Source: Kiritimatiellia bacterium (GTDB taxonomy: Bacteria > Verrucomicrobiota > Kiritimatiellia > CAIKKV01). From it: a DNA stretch of 64,000 nt. Positions 54,391 to 64,000 of this stretch are shown in pieces; within the stretch, counting starts at the first letter, position 1; every line of letters starts with the position of its first letter. The notes under the pieces were generated by a model. It was given only the letters and a program-made list of their open reading frames with translations. It made no database searches and had not been told where the DNA came from. A program made the position numbers and the translations under genes. The DNA lies in contig JAWOJA010000007.1 of NCBI GenBank assembly GCA_046484345.1, positions 11,206-75,205 of the forward strand. The letters run 5' to 3'.

Positions 54391-55929
54391 ATGTTAGCCA
54401 AAGTCATGTCGGGCGCCGTTTGCGGTGTTGAAGCCTATCCGGTTGAAATCGAAGTCAATGCCGGCCGCGGCGACCCCTCCATGGTGCTGGTCGGCCTGCC
54501 CGACACCGCCGTCAAGGAATCCAAGGACCGCGTTCTCACGGCCCTCACCAACTCCGGCTTTAAGCTTCACGTCGGCAAGGTGACCGTCAACCTCGCGCCG
54601 GCCGACATCCGCAAGGAGGGGCCCTGCTTCGATCTGCCCATCGCCATGGGCCTGCTCGCGGCCAAGGAGGAGAGTCTCGACCCCGCCGTGCTGGCGCAAT
54701 ACGCCCTCATCGGCGAACTCGCGTTGAGCGGGGAGGTCCGCAAGGTCAAGGGCGTGCTCCCCATGGCGATCCGCCTCAAAAAGGAGGGCATCAAGGGGTT
54801 CATCGTGCCGTTCGATAACGCCGAAGAGGCCGCCGTGGTGGATGGCATTGAAATCTATCCCGTCCGCACGCTCCGCGAAGCCGCCGACTTTCTCTGCGGA
54901 GTCGGCCCGCTCGCCCCGTATCGCGTCGAGCCCGACGCGCTACTCGAAGCCGGCCAGGCCGACGCCGAGGATTTCGAGGACGTCAAGGGCCAGGAGCTGG
55001 CCAAGCGCGCGTTGGAGATAGCGGTTTCAGGTAACCATAATGTTTTAGTGATTGGGCCGCCAGGGACGGGCAAGACGATGCTGGCCAGGAGGCTGCCCGG
55101 CATCCTGCCGCCGCTGACGCTCGACGAAGCGCTGGAGAGCACGAAGATACACAGCATCGCGGGGGTGTTGCCGGCCCACCAGGCGCTGATCGTGCACCGG
55201 CCGTTCCGCGCGCCGCACCACACGATCTCCGACGCGGGACTGCTGGGCGGGGGCACGCATCCCTTTCCCGGCGAGGTGAGCCTGGCCCACCGCGGCGTGC
55301 TTTTTCTCGACGAGCTGCCCGAGTTCCACCGCAACGTGCTGGAGGTCATGCGCCAGCCGCTGGAAGATGGCGCGGTCACGATCTCCCGCGCCATTGCCAC
55401 GGTGACGTTTCCCTGCCGCTTCATGCTCGTGGCGGCCATGAATCCGTGCCCGTGCGGCCACTTCGGCGACCCCAAGCGCGAGTGCCGCTGCTCGAACCAG
55501 CAGATACTTCATTATCGGAACAAGATATCGGGGCCGCTTCTCGACCGCATCGACCTGCATGTCGAGGTGCCGGCCGTTTCGTACAACCAGTTGTCGTCCG
55601 TTTCAAAGGGCGAGAGTTCGGCCGCCATTCGCGGGCGGGTGATGGCGGCGCGGCGGGTGCAGCGCGAGCGGTTCGCGGGGCGTCCGGGGGCGCACTGCAA
55701 CGCCCAGATGCGCCCCAAGGAGATCCAGTCCTGCTGCAAGCTCGATGCGGCGGGGCAGGAGATTCTGCGGGCGGCGATCACGGAACTGCACTTCAGCGCC
55801 CGCGCCTACGACCGCATTCTCAAGGTGGCGCGAACCATTGCGGACATGGCGGGCAGCGAGATCCTTCGCGCGGAACATGTTTCCGAGGCGATCCAATACC
55901 GGACGCTCGACCGCCAGTGGTGGGTGTGA
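54391..55929 (+). CDS. comM: Mg-chelatase-like AAA+ ATPase ComM/YifB
   Basis: Collinear with YifB/ComM. Lon-like N-terminal domain, Walker [10 protein letters not shown]-terminal chelatase domain. Confidence 0.85.
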   Translation: MLAKVMSGAVCGVEAYPVEIEVNAGRGDPSMVLVGLPDTAVKESKDRVLTALTNSGFKLHVGKVTVNLAPADIRKEGPCFDLPIAMGLLAAKEESLDPAVLAQYALIGELALSGEVRKVKGVLPMAIRLKKEGIKGFIVPFDNAEEAAVVDGIEIYPVRTLREAADFLCGVGPLAPYRVEPDALLEAGQADAEDFEDVKGQELAKRALEIAVSGNHNVLVIGPPGTGKTMLARRLPGILPPLTLDEALESTKIHSIAGVLPAHQALIVHRPFRAPHHTISDAGLLGGGTHPFPGEVSLAHRGVLFLDELPEFHRNVLEVMRQPLEDGAVTISRAIATVTFPCRFMLVAAMNPCPCGHFGDPKRECRCSNQQILHYRNKISGPLLDRIDLHVEVPAVSYNQLSSVSKGESSAAIRGRVMAARRVQRERFAGRPGAHCNAQMRPKEIQSCCKLDAAGQEILRAAITELHFSARAYDRILKVARTIADMAGSEILRAEHVSEAIQYRTLDRQWWV

Positions 55930-55975
55930 TGACTTTCCGCTTGCCCGGGGTTGCGTTGTCTGACAAAGTTCCCGC

Positions 55976-57166
55976 ATGAATCTGGCCTTTATCGCCAAGG
56001 GGTTGGAAGGGAAGGGCGGCACCGAAAGCGACCTGCTCCAACTCCTCCGGGGGCTGGCGGAGCGCGGGCATCGCCTCACCGTGTACAGCCTGAAGCCGTG
56101 GCTTCCACCCGGACTTTCCTGTCGGCTTATCCGTGTTCCTGTTATTGGCCGCGGTTCGCTGGCCGCCCTGTGGAGTCTGGCCTGGCTGGGTCCGCGCCTG
56201 GCATTCGGCGGGGGGCACGACCTGGTGATCGGCTATGCCCGGTTGTTGCGGCAGGATGTGGTCCGTTGCGGCGGCGGGGCGCACGAGAGCTGCCTGGCGA
56301 GCCTCCATGCCGCCGGCCCCCGCTGGCGAGGCTGGCTGCGCCGGATCCAGCCGCTGCACCGCTCCATCCTGGCCATTGAGCGCCGGCAATACCAGCCCGG
56401 CCGCTACCGCCGGGTGCTGGCGGTCTCCCATGCCGTCAAGGCGGATCTCATGCGCGTGCACGGAGTGCCCGCCGAGGCGGTCGCCGTGATTCCCGGAGGC
56501 GTGGATACCGCCCGTTTCCATCCCCGCCGGCGCGAGGAGTATCGGGCGGCCGTGCGTGCCGCCTGTCGGATTCCCTCAAATGCGCCGTGCCTGCTTTTTG
56601 TGGGCAACGGCTTTCGCCGCAAGGGGCTGGAGACGTTTCTGCGCGCCCTGGCGGTGGAGCCGGACCCGAATCTCTACGCCCTGGTCGTCGGAACGGATCC
56701 CGATGCCGGCCGTTACCGCGAGCTGGCCGTCCGGCTCGGCGTGCGCGGCCGGGTAGTCTTTACAGGAGCCGTAACGGACACGGAACGGTATTACGCCGCC
56801 GCGGATCTGTTGGCCTTGCCGGCTCTTCAGGAAGCGTTCGGCAACGTCGTGCTGGAGGCGCTCGCATCGGGTTTGCCGGCGGTCGTCAGCGCTTGTGCGG
56901 GCGTGGCCGAAGTCCTTGGGAAGGGACTGGAAGAGGGCCTGCTTTCCGATCCGCTCGATCCGCGGGAACTGGCCGCGCGGGTCAAATCGATGCTGGCCGT
57001 TCGTGCGGCCGGCGTCTTCGCCGCCCCCGCCCGCCGCGTGGCCGAATCCTATTCCATGACGGCCTCCCTTGACCGGACCGAAGCGCTTTTCGGGGAAGCA
57101 ATCCGCGAAAAAACCGAAAGCGCCGCCGGAATGGCGGAAAATAGTGGGGCAAAGGTTGCTTTTTAA
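55976..57166 (+). CDS. GT4-family glycosyltransferase (WaaG/RfaG-like)
   Basis: GT-B fold with the EX7E-type C-terminal motif region (EAFGNVVLEALASGLPAV). Confidence 0.75.
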   Translation: MNLAFIAKGLEGKGGTESDLLQLLRGLAERGHRLTVYSLKPWLPPGLSCRLIRVPVIGRGSLAALWSLAWLGPRLAFGGGHDLVIGYARLLRQDVVRCGGGAHESCLASLHAAGPRWRGWLRRIQPLHRSILAIERRQYQPGRYRRVLAVSHAVKADLMRVHGVPAEAVAVIPGGVDTARFHPRRREEYRAAVRAACRIPSNAPCLLFVGNGFRRKGLETFLRALAVEPDPNLYALVVGTDPDAGRYRELAVRLGVRGRVVFTGAVTDTERYYAAADLLALPALQEAFGNVVLEALASGLPAVVSACAGVAEVLGKGLEEGLLSDPLDPRELAARVKSMLAVRAAGVFAAPARRVAESYSMTASLDRTEALFGEAIREKTESAAGMAENSGAKVAF

Positions 57167-57190
57167 GTCAAAGCGCCCTAGTATAAACAA

Positions 57191-58336
57191 ATGCTCAAAA
57201 TCCTGCATCTGCTGAGCAACTGGAAGTGGACCGAGCGGGCGGAGCCGGCTGCGGACATGGTTTTGGGGCAAACCCAGCTCGGCGCCAAGGTTTCCTTTGT
57301 TTGCGGCCGTTGTCCGTTTGACGCTCCGGATGCCGTGGAGCATCGCGCGCGCAGCAAGGGGCTGGATCCCGTGGCGATGGACTTGTGCAAGCACTTCAAT
57401 CCCATCACCGCCGCCCTGGCCTGGCCGCGCCTGGCGCGCTACTTGCGCGAAAATGCCTTTGATATCGTGCACCCCCACATGATCAACGCCCACCTGATGG
57501 GCGGCACGGCGGCCCGCCGGGCTCTGCCCAAGGCGCGCATCATCACCACCTTTTACGAAGCGGACGGCCCTCCCCGGGGGTGGCGTCAGAAATTTCTGCT
57601 CAAGGGGCATACCGACGGCGCTATTGTGATCACGCCGCAGGCCCGGGACAATCTCGTGCGGCTATTCCGTTTCCCCGCCGACCGCATCGCCATCATTGAG
57701 CCGGGCCTGGATGTAGCCCGTTTCGATTCGTCGTTATCGCGGGAAGCCGCTCGGTCCCTCTTCCACCTTTCTTCCGAGGATGCCGTGGTCGGCATGGTCA
57801 CCCGAATCCGCGAGGCGCGGCGACTGGACTTGGTTCTCGAAGCCGTGGCCCGGCTGGCGCCGAAAATGCCCAACCTGAAGCTGATGATCGTGGGCCGGGG
57901 CGGCGAGGGGGCCGTCGAAGAGGTCATCGAAAAGCCCGCCGAAGCGCTGGGCATCCGCAGCCGCATCGTACTGCCGGGCTATTGCCGCGACCGGATGCTG
58001 GTGGCCGCCTACAAGGCCATGGATCTGCTGGCCTATCCTTTTCCCGGGACTGATCCCTCGTGCCGGACGGTCCGGGAGGCCATGGCCTCCGGACTGCCCG
58101 TGGCGGCAAGCCGCGTGGGCTATCTCAAAACCCTGGTGCGGGAGGGTGAAACCGGGTTCTTGACGGAGTTGGACTCCGGCTCCCTGGCCGGGGCGCTCCA
58201 ACGCATCCTGACGGATCCTGCCTTGCGCGCCAAGATGGCCCAGCAGGCGGTCCGGGAGGCGCGCGAACGCTTTTCGAGCAAGCAGCAAGCTGAAAAATGC
58301 CTGACCTTTTACGAGAAAATAGGAACACGCCGGTGA
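57191..58336 (+). CDS. GT4-family glycosyltransferase
   Basis: GT-B C-terminal motif (REAMASGLPVAASRVG). Confidence 0.75.
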   Translation: MLKILHLLSNWKWTERAEPAADMVLGQTQLGAKVSFVCGRCPFDAPDAVEHRARSKGLDPVAMDLCKHFNPITAALAWPRLARYLRENAFDIVHPHMINAHLMGGTAARRALPKARIITTFYEADGPPRGWRQKFLLKGHTDGAIVITPQARDNLVRLFRFPADRIAIIEPGLDVARFDSSLSREAARSLFHLSSEDAVVGMVTRIREARRLDLVLEAVARLAPKMPNLKLMIVGRGGEGAVEEVIEKPAEALGIRSRIVLPGYCRDRMLVAAYKAMDLLAYPFPGTDPSCRTVREAMASGLPVAASRVGYLKTLVREGETGFLTELDSGSLAGALQRILTDPALRAKMAQQAVREARERFSSKQQAEKCLTFYEKIGTRR

Positions 58337-59388
58337 CAGCCTCCATCCTTTTCCTTGAAAAGGTGTTTTTGGAGCCCTGCCGCTCCGCTCCGCGCGGGGT
58401 GGAGATATTCAATGTCAATTTACTGCAGGACTTGGTCCGCCTGGGCCGCTCGGTCACCGTGATTGTCCATCCCGATTGGAAGAGCGTCCTGTGCGAGCGC
58501 CTGGGCCCGGCGGCTCCCGAAATGTTGCTCTTCCCCCATTTCTTGAAGGGCGCGCTGGGCGCCATGGCGGCCCTTTATCGCGCCCGCACCCGGCGTTTCT
58601 CAACGCTTCTGACCGCCAATGTGGGCGATCGCCTGATTCCGGCCTTGTCGGTGATCCGGCACTACGGGATGGCGAGCCAGGCCGTGCTGATCGCGCACCG
58701 CGAGCCCACCAGCCGCTTTGTCGCCGCGCAGGGGGCCTTCCCCTGCACCGTGGTCGCGGTGAACGGCAAGATCGCCCGTCACTTTGAGGGGGGCAATTAT
58801 GGCCGCGTCCAGGTCTATTATGGCATCACGGAGGGCGAACGGTTCCTGGGCGAGCGCCCCGTCAAGCCCGCGGAGGAACCGGTCCATTTCTGCGTGGTGG
58901 GCGACCTGAGTTCGGCCTGGAAGGGGGCGGATACGGCGGTCAAGGCCTTTTTGATGCTGGATCCGGCCTTGGCCGGCCGCGCCCGCCTTCACCTCGCGTC
59001 TTTCCGCGAGCCGCGCGAAAGCGGCGATCCGCGGATTATTTGCTATCCCTGGCTGCCCTATGAGGAGATGCCGGCCTTCCTCAAGCGCATGGATGTGATG
59101 CTGGTGCCGTCGCGCGACGAGGGGGTCATGCGCGAAACCTTCAGCCAGGCCGCGGTTCAGGGCATGTTGTCCGGCTTGCCCCTGATCGTGAGCGACCTGC
59201 CCGTCCTGATCGAAAAGGTGGACGAAGGCGGGGGGGTGGTGGCGCACTCCGCCGAGGAGATGGTCAAGGCCATGGCGATGCTGATCCGGGACGTGGCCTG
59301 GCGCGGGCGCATGGGTGAAACAGCCCGCCAGGTTGCCCGGGTCCGCTATATGTGGTCCACGGAGGAGTTTCTTCGCCGCTTTTTCTAG
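58333..59388 (+). CDS. GT1/GT4-like glycosyltransferase (GTGA-overlap start)
   Basis: The GTG at 58333 overlaps the upstream stop by 4 nt. GT-B C-terminal domain (ETFSQAAVQGMLSGLPLIVSDLP). An alternative ATG start exists at 58297. Confidence 0.55.
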   Translation: MTASILFLEKVFLEPCRSAPRGVEIFNVNLLQDLVRLGRSVTVIVHPDWKSVLCERLGPAAPEMLLFPHFLKGALGAMAALYRARTRRFSTLLTANVGDRLIPALSVIRHYGMASQAVLIAHREPTSRFVAAQGAFPCTVVAVNGKIARHFEGGNYGRVQVYYGITEGERFLGERPVKPAEEPVHFCVVGDLSSAWKGADTAVKAFLMLDPALAGRARLHLASFREPRESGDPRIICYPWLPYEEMPAFLKRMDVMLVPSRDEGVMRETFSQAAVQGMLSGLPLIVSDLPVLIEKVDEGGGVVAHSAEEMVKAMAMLIRDVAWRGRMGETARQVARVRYMWSTEEFLRRFF

Positions 59389-59472
59389 GCTGGGTTTTTG
59401 CTGACAGGCGGGGGCCGGCCTCTTATACTACCCCCTCGATTATCGGATTGTGAACCGGAATTGAGGAGTACC

Positions 59473-60765
59473 ATGATACCACGCTACACCGGTCCCGAAA
59501 TGGGAGCCATTTGGACGGACGAAAACAAGTTCGCCATTTGGCTGAAGATTGAAATCCTGGCCTGCGAGGCCATGCACAAGCGGGGCCAGGTTCCGGCCGC
59601 CGATCTCAAGAACATCCGCGAAAAAGCCGCCTTTGAGGTCGACCGGATCAACGAGATCGAAAAAAAGGTCAACCACGACGTCATCGCGTTCCTCACCAAT
59701 GTGGCCGAGCATGTGGGGCCGTCCTCCCGCTTCATCCACAAGGGCATGACCAGTTCCGATGTGCTCGACACCGCCCTGGCCGTCCAGATGGTGCAGGCGG
59801 CCGACATTCTCATCCGGGGCGTCAAAGCCGTCCGCGCGGCCGCCGCGCGCAAGGCCCGCAAATACAAGTTCACCCCCATGATCGGCCGATCCCACGGCAT
59901 CCACGCCGAGCCGATCACGTTCGGGCTCAAGATGGCCCTGATGTACGACGAATTCGGCCGGGTCCTCCAGCGGCTAGTGGCGGCTCGCGAAACCGTGCGG
60001 GTGGGGCAGCTCTCCGGCGCCGTGGGCACCCACGCCCACCTGGACTACCGCGTGGAAGAATATGTCTGCCGCAAGCTCGGCCTGCGTCCGGCGGCCATCT
60101 CCACCCAGGTCCTGCAGCGCGACCGCCATGCGGAATACATGAGCGCCATCGCCCTGGCCGGCGCCTCCGTGGACCGCTGGGGCCAGGAGTTCCGCCACCT
60201 TCAGCGCACCGAGGTGCACGAGGTCGAGGAGTTTTTCGGCAAGGAGCAGAAGGGCTCCTCCGCCATGCCCCACAAGAAGAACCCCATTACGGGCGAGAAG
60301 CTTTGTGGCCTGGCCCGCCTGCTGCGCGGCAACCTGGTGGCGGCCCTCGAAAACGTGGCCCTTTGGCACGAGCGCGATATTTCGCACTCGTCGGTCGAGC
60401 GGGTCATCCTGCCCGACAGCACGATCGCCCTGGACCACATGTTCACGAATCTGACCAAGCTGGTCGAGAACCTGCGCGTCTTTCCGGCCCGCATGAAGAC
60501 CAACCTGCAGATGACCCACGGGCTGATTCATTCCCAGCAGGTGCTGCTGTTGCTGACGGAAAAGGGCTTTTCACGCGAGGACGCCTACCGGCTGGTCCAG
60601 AAACACGCCATGGCCGCGTGGGAAACGGGGCGCGAGCTGAAGGAGCTGGCGGCAACCGATCCCGAGCTGATGAGCAAAGTCACGCCGGCCGACCTGGAGC
60701 GGGTCTTCGACCTGGCCGTGCATTTCCGGGACGTGAACCGCACCTTCAAGGCGGTGGGATTGTGA
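59473..60765 (+). CDS. purB: Adenylosuccinate lyase
   Basis: RBS GAGGAG. Fumarate-lyase signature GSSAMPHKKNP. Full-length collinearity with PurB. Confidence 0.9.
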   Translation: MIPRYTGPEMGAIWTDENKFAIWLKIEILACEAMHKRGQVPAADLKNIREKAAFEVDRINEIEKKVNHDVIAFLTNVAEHVGPSSRFIHKGMTSSDVLDTALAVQMVQAADILIRGVKAVRAAAARKARKYKFTPMIGRSHGIHAEPITFGLKMALMYDEFGRVLQRLVAARETVRVGQLSGAVGTHAHLDYRVEEYVCRKLGLRPAAISTQVLQRDRHAEYMSAIALAGASVDRWGQEFRHLQRTEVHEVEEFFGKEQKGSSAMPHKKNPITGEKLCGLARLLRGNLVAALENVALWHERDISHSSVERVILPDSTIALDHMFTNLTKLVENLRVFPARMKTNLQMTHGLIHSQQVLLLLTEKGFSREDAYRLVQKHAMAAWETGRELKELAATDPELMSKVTPADLERVFDLAVHFRDVNRTFKAVGL

Positions 60766-60776
60766 AAGGGGGGGCC

Positions 60777-61811
60777 ATGAAAAAGAAAAACGTGTCCGCA
60801 TATGCCGCCGCCGGCGTCAATATCGACGAGAAAATGGCCGGCATCAACGCCATCAAGAAAATGGTCAAGACCACCGCCACGCCGGGCGTATTGACCGGCA
60901 TCGGCTCCTTCGGGGGCATGTTCCGCTCGCCGGGCAAGGGCCAGATCCTCGTCGCCAGCACGGACGGCGTGGGCACGAAGCTCAAGATCGCCACCCTCGC
61001 GAACCGTCACGACACGGTGGGCCAGGACATCGTCAACCATTGCGTGAACGACATCCTGGTGCAGGGCGCCAGGCCGCTCTTTTTCATGGATTACATCGGC
61101 ACCTCCAAGGTTGACCGCCACGTGATGGCCGCCCTCGTCAAGGGCATGTGCGCCGCCTGCCGGCAGAACGACTGCGCCCTGCTTGGCGGCGAAACCGCCG
61201 AGATGCCCGGCGTCTATCCCCCCGGGGAATACGATCTCGTTGGCACCATCGTCGGCGTGGTGGACAAGCGCGCCGTGATCACGGGCGGCACGATCCGCCC
61301 CGGCGACGTCATCCTGGGGTTGCCCTCCTCGGGGCTCCACACGAACGGCTATTCCCTGGCGCGCAAGATTGTGTTCGAGACCGCCGGCCTGAAGGTCGGG
61401 GACCGCTTCCCCGGCACGAAGGAAAGTGTGGCCGACGTGCTGCTGGCCGTCCATCGCAGCTACCTGAAGCCGGTGTCCACGCTCCTGAAAAAGGTGTCGA
61501 TCCGCGGCCTCGCCCATATCACGGGCGGCGGGTTTCCCGACAATGTTCCGCGCATTCTGCCCGAAGGCGTGACAGCGGTGTTCGACCGGTCCGCCTGGAA
61601 GATTCCGCCGCTCTTCTCCTTCCTGCAGGAAAAGGGAGACGTGAACCGCGAGGAGATGTACCGCGTCTTCAACATGGGCATTGGCATGGTGGTTATCGTG
61701 CGCGAGGCGGACGCGGCGCAGGCCCTGGCCGTTCTCAAGGCCGCCCGGGCCCGGCCGATCCGGATCGGCCGCATCGCGAAGGGGCGCGTTCCCGTTCTGC
61801 TGGAAAATTGA
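60777..61811 (+). CDS. purM: Phosphoribosylformylglycinamidine cyclo-ligase (AIR synthetase)
   Basis: PurM motifs (YAAAGVNID, GIGSFGGMF, DYIGTSK, HITGGG). Confidence 0.9.
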   Translation: MKKKNVSAYAAAGVNIDEKMAGINAIKKMVKTTATPGVLTGIGSFGGMFRSPGKGQILVASTDGVGTKLKIATLANRHDTVGQDIVNHCVNDILVQGARPLFFMDYIGTSKVDRHVMAALVKGMCAACRQNDCALLGGETAEMPGVYPPGEYDLVGTIVGVVDKRAVITGGTIRPGDVILGLPSSGLHTNGYSLARKIVFETAGLKVGDRFPGTKESVADVLLAVHRSYLKPVSTLLKKVSIRGLAHITGGGFPDNVPRILPEGVTAVFDRSAWKIPPLFSFLQEKGDVNREEMYRVFNMGIGMVVIVREADAAQALAVLKAARARPIRIGRIAKGRVPVLLEN

Positions 61812-62611
61812 AAGCCTTTTGGCCAGCATGGGGGTTGTGGCTTCTGGTTGCCCAGGCCGCCTGCGGCGAGGTGATCCAGCTTCAGGCCGCCATGCTGCGG
61901 CACGGGAATGCCGGGGCGTCGTCGATACTCTTTATCCTGCGCAACTCGGGCGACGAGGCGGCGCGCGCCATCCGCATCGAAGGCCGGCTGGCCGGCGTTT
62001 CCCTTGTTCGGGAACTGCCTGACCTGGAGCCGGATTCCGAACAGGATGCGGAATTTGATTTTCCCGCCTCCGCCATGCCCCGGGGGCTCCACGCCGCCGA
62101 GTTCCTGATCCGCTACCATGACGCCAACGGGTATCCTTTTTCCTCCCCCCAGGCCGTCCTGGTCGACCGTGGGGCGCCCGCGCCGGCGGCGGAAATCGCG
62201 GCGCACGTGGAACCCCTGGTCCTGGCGGATACCGGCCGCCTTCGGCTGTGGCTGACCCTTCCGGAAGGCGCTTCTCCCGTCAACGTCCGGGTGCGGATCC
62301 TCGCGCCGGACGAACTGGTCTGCGAAGCTCCGGATCGAACGCTGGCCCTTTTCCCCGGCCGGCCGGTCCTGGTGGAGGCGGCGGTTTCCAACCGGTCGGG
62401 TCGGGCGGGAAGCGACTATCCCGTGTTCGCGGTTGTTTCCGCGACGCACACGAACGGGGTCCTGGAATCGCTGGCCGAGGGCCGGGTCCGGGTGAAGGGC
62501 GGCGGGCTGGGGGATTATTCCTGGCCGCCGGCGGCGCTGGGCGCGGCCGTGATCCTGCTGACCGCCTTTTTCCTGGCGCAGCGGAAGGGGGGCGGCGAGC
62601 GTGCAGCCTGA
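61808..62611 (+). CDS. Hypothetical exported protein with C-terminal TM anchor (TTG start, tentative)
   Basis: Signal-peptide-like WPAWGLWLLVAQAA and a C-terminal hydrophobic helix. The ORF continues in-frame from the TTG at 61808, overlapping the purM stop. Confidence 0.35.
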   Translation: MKAFWPAWGLWLLVAQAACGEVIQLQAAMLRHGNAGASSILFILRNSGDEAARAIRIEGRLAGVSLVRELPDLEPDSEQDAEFDFPASAMPRGLHAAEFLIRYHDANGYPFSSPQAVLVDRGAPAPAAEIAAHVEPLVLADTGRLRLWLTLPEGASPVNVRVRILAPDELVCEAPDRTLALFPGRPVLVEAAVSNRSGRAGSDYPVFAVVSATHTNGVLESLAEGRVRVKGGGLGDYSWPPAALGAAVILLTAFFLAQRKGGGERAA

Positions 62612-64000
62612 ACCCAAGCGGAGTGAATATGAGGGGCGCGGGACCGGCTGGGGCACGGCGGCGGTGCTGGTCCTGATCGCATTGTTTCTGCTGGATCACA
62701 TTCCGTGGAAGCTGCTCCTGCTGGACACGACCCCGACCGGGGGCGACACGCCCGCCCATCTGTACCTGATGTCGCATCTCAAGCGGACGCTCCTCGGCGA
62801 GGGGCGCATCGTCTCCTGGGCGAACGGCTGGTGGTGCGGCTTCCCGATGTTCCGCTACTATTTTCCCCTGCCATACCTGGCGGCCGTTCTGCTGAGCCTG
62901 GCGGTTCCGTTCAACGTGGCCTTCAAGCTGGCCACCGTCCTGGGCCTTTTCCTGCTGCCGCCGGCCGCGTGGGCGGCGGGGCGGCTGATGCGCCTGCCCC
63001 GGCCCGTCCCTGTTTTGTTGGCTGTCGCCATGGTACCCTTCCTGTTTGTGCGCACGCATTCGATGTGGGGCGTCAATATTTCCAGCACGTTGGCCGGGAT
63101 GATCGCCAACAGCCTGAGTTTCCCCCTCATGTTGCTGGCCGTCGCCTCCGCCTGGCGGGACGCCCAGGATGAGGCGATCCGCCTGCGCACCGTCCTGCTG
63201 CTGGTGCTGACCCTGATGTCCCATTTTTTCACCTCGCTCATGGCGGGCCTGACCATCGCGCTGATTCCGGTTCTCCTCATCTCCAAGCGGCGATTCCTGA
63301 AAACGGCCGGACTGCTGGCCGCGGAGGGCGCGCTCGCGGCTCTGATGACGGGCTGGTGGCTGATTCCGCTGCTGGCGCGCCGCGAGTTCAGCATGGACTT
63401 TGGAACGAACTGGGCGATCTCCTTATTCAGAACTTTTCCGCCCTATGCCCCGGCCCTGCTGCCGCTTGTCGGGGCCGCCCTGTTCCTGGCCGGCCGGCGC
63501 GGCGTTCAGGCGGTCTGGCTCTTTGCCGGGATGGGGGCGGCCGCGGGCCTGCTGTTGTGGAAGGGGTCCCTGCTCTCCCCGGTATTTGTGAACGTCCGCC
63601 TCTGGCCGTTCCTCTATTTTAGTTTCCTGGCGCTGGCCGCCTGCGGGGCCGGCCTTCTGCTGGCCGGCCGCCGCAAACCCGGTCTGGCGGTTGCGGCGTT
63701 GACCCTGGCGGCGCTGGCCGCCGTGGAACTGGGCGAGCGGGACGACCGGTGGGCGGTGGGCTCCGGGGTGGAGGCGGGGCCGGTGGCGCGGCTTAGCGCC
63801 GAGTGGAATTATGAAGGCGTGGAGCCCAAGCCGCTGGGCCCCGTGTTCCGGCAATTGATCGAGCCGCTGCGCGGAACGCCGGGCCGCCTGGCCAACGAGC
63901 TGAACGCCGAAAACACGGTGTTCGGGTCTGTCCGCATTTTCGAAACAGTGCCCCATCTCCTCGGCAAGCCGGTGCTGGAGGGCGGACTGGTCAACTCCGC
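62601..64000 (+). CDS. Polytopic membrane protein (possibly GT-C/YfhO-like glycosyltransferase fold), 3'-truncated at window end
   Basis: Open frame from the GTG at 62601 to the window end with 8 or more TM helices. Absent from the ORF track because no stop codon falls within the window. Confidence 0.45.
   Translation, partial: MQPEPKRSEYEGRGTGWGTAAVLVLIALFLLDHIPWKLLLLDTTPTGGDTPAHLYLMSHLKRTLLGEGRIVSWANGWWCGFPMFRYYFPLPYLAAVLLSLAVPFNVAFKLATVLGLFLLPPAAWAAGRLMRLPRPVPVLLAVAMVPFLFVRTHSMWGVNISSTLAGMIANSLSFPLMLLAVASAWRDAQDEAIRLRTVLLLVLTLMSHFFTSLMAGLTIALIPVLLISKRRFLKTAGLLAAEGALAALMTGWWLIPLLARREFSMDFGTNWAISLFRTFPPYAPALLPLVGAALFLAGRRGVQAVWLFAGMGAAAGLLLWKGSLLSPVFVNVRLWPFLYFSFLALAACGAGLLLAGRRKPGLAVAALTLAALAAVELGERDDRWAVGSGVEAGPVARLSAEWNYEGVEPKPLGPVFRQLIEPLRGTPGRLANELNAENTVFGSVRIFETVPHLLGKPVLEGGLVNS

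Overview
This 64 kb window is a high-GC bacterial chromosomal segment (roughly mid-60s % GC by eye). It is densely packed with co-directional genes; the many long antisense ORFs in the six-frame track are GC-driven noise. The gene content suggests a PVC-superphylum-like organism (double-length UvrA, several eukaryote-like Ser/Thr kinases, DUF4339/GYF-like domains), but this is inference. Order of calls: 5'-truncated lysine 2,3-aminomutase (kamA) followed by an ATP-grasp/GNAT fusion; a parvulin PPIase lipoprotein with a PEAPAA tandem-repeat tail; HAD phosphatase; DUF362 Fe-S protein; pgpA; SNase/ComEA nuclease; hrpB; a minus-strand operon (NagA-like amidohydrolase, small hypothetical, DUF4184) with a convergent DUF2132/GH29-like fusion; a CDF transporter; a ShlB/FhaC-type TpsB transporter with a small secreted partner; a signalling block (PP2C phosphatase, tandem dual-domain Ser/Thr kinase, small membrane protein, FHA-domain sigma-54 activator); a Fic protein; dnaE; DUF4339 coiled-coil and membrane coiled-coil proteins; a ClpX-like ATPase; and a 1811-aa tandem UvrA. 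After uvrA comes the one clearly accessory stretch, about 39.6 to 45.4 kb. It holds an inverted 46-nt tRNA-Val 3' fragment, a low-GC islet with a small protein and two membrane proteins, two copies of a 29-nt hairpin repeat, and a RAYT-like HuH tyrosine transposase with a C-terminal DprA/SLOG-like extension. Then come a malic enzyme, intact tRNA-Val, an XRE regulator and tRNA-Met. The remainder is an LPS-core cluster (lpxK, GT9 heptosyltransferase, two GT2, tRNA-Ala, O-antigen ligase, three GT4-like) interrupted by an LRR-ectodomain Ser/Thr kinase and comM, then purB, purM and two trailing membrane/exported proteins. No CRISPR array, rRNA, or integrase was seen. Three promoters share the form TTGNNN-N17-TAGTGT. 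The comM leader carries a hairpin that sequesters the Shine-Dalgarno. The uvrA/clpX-like divergent region carries a large AT-rich inverted repeat.
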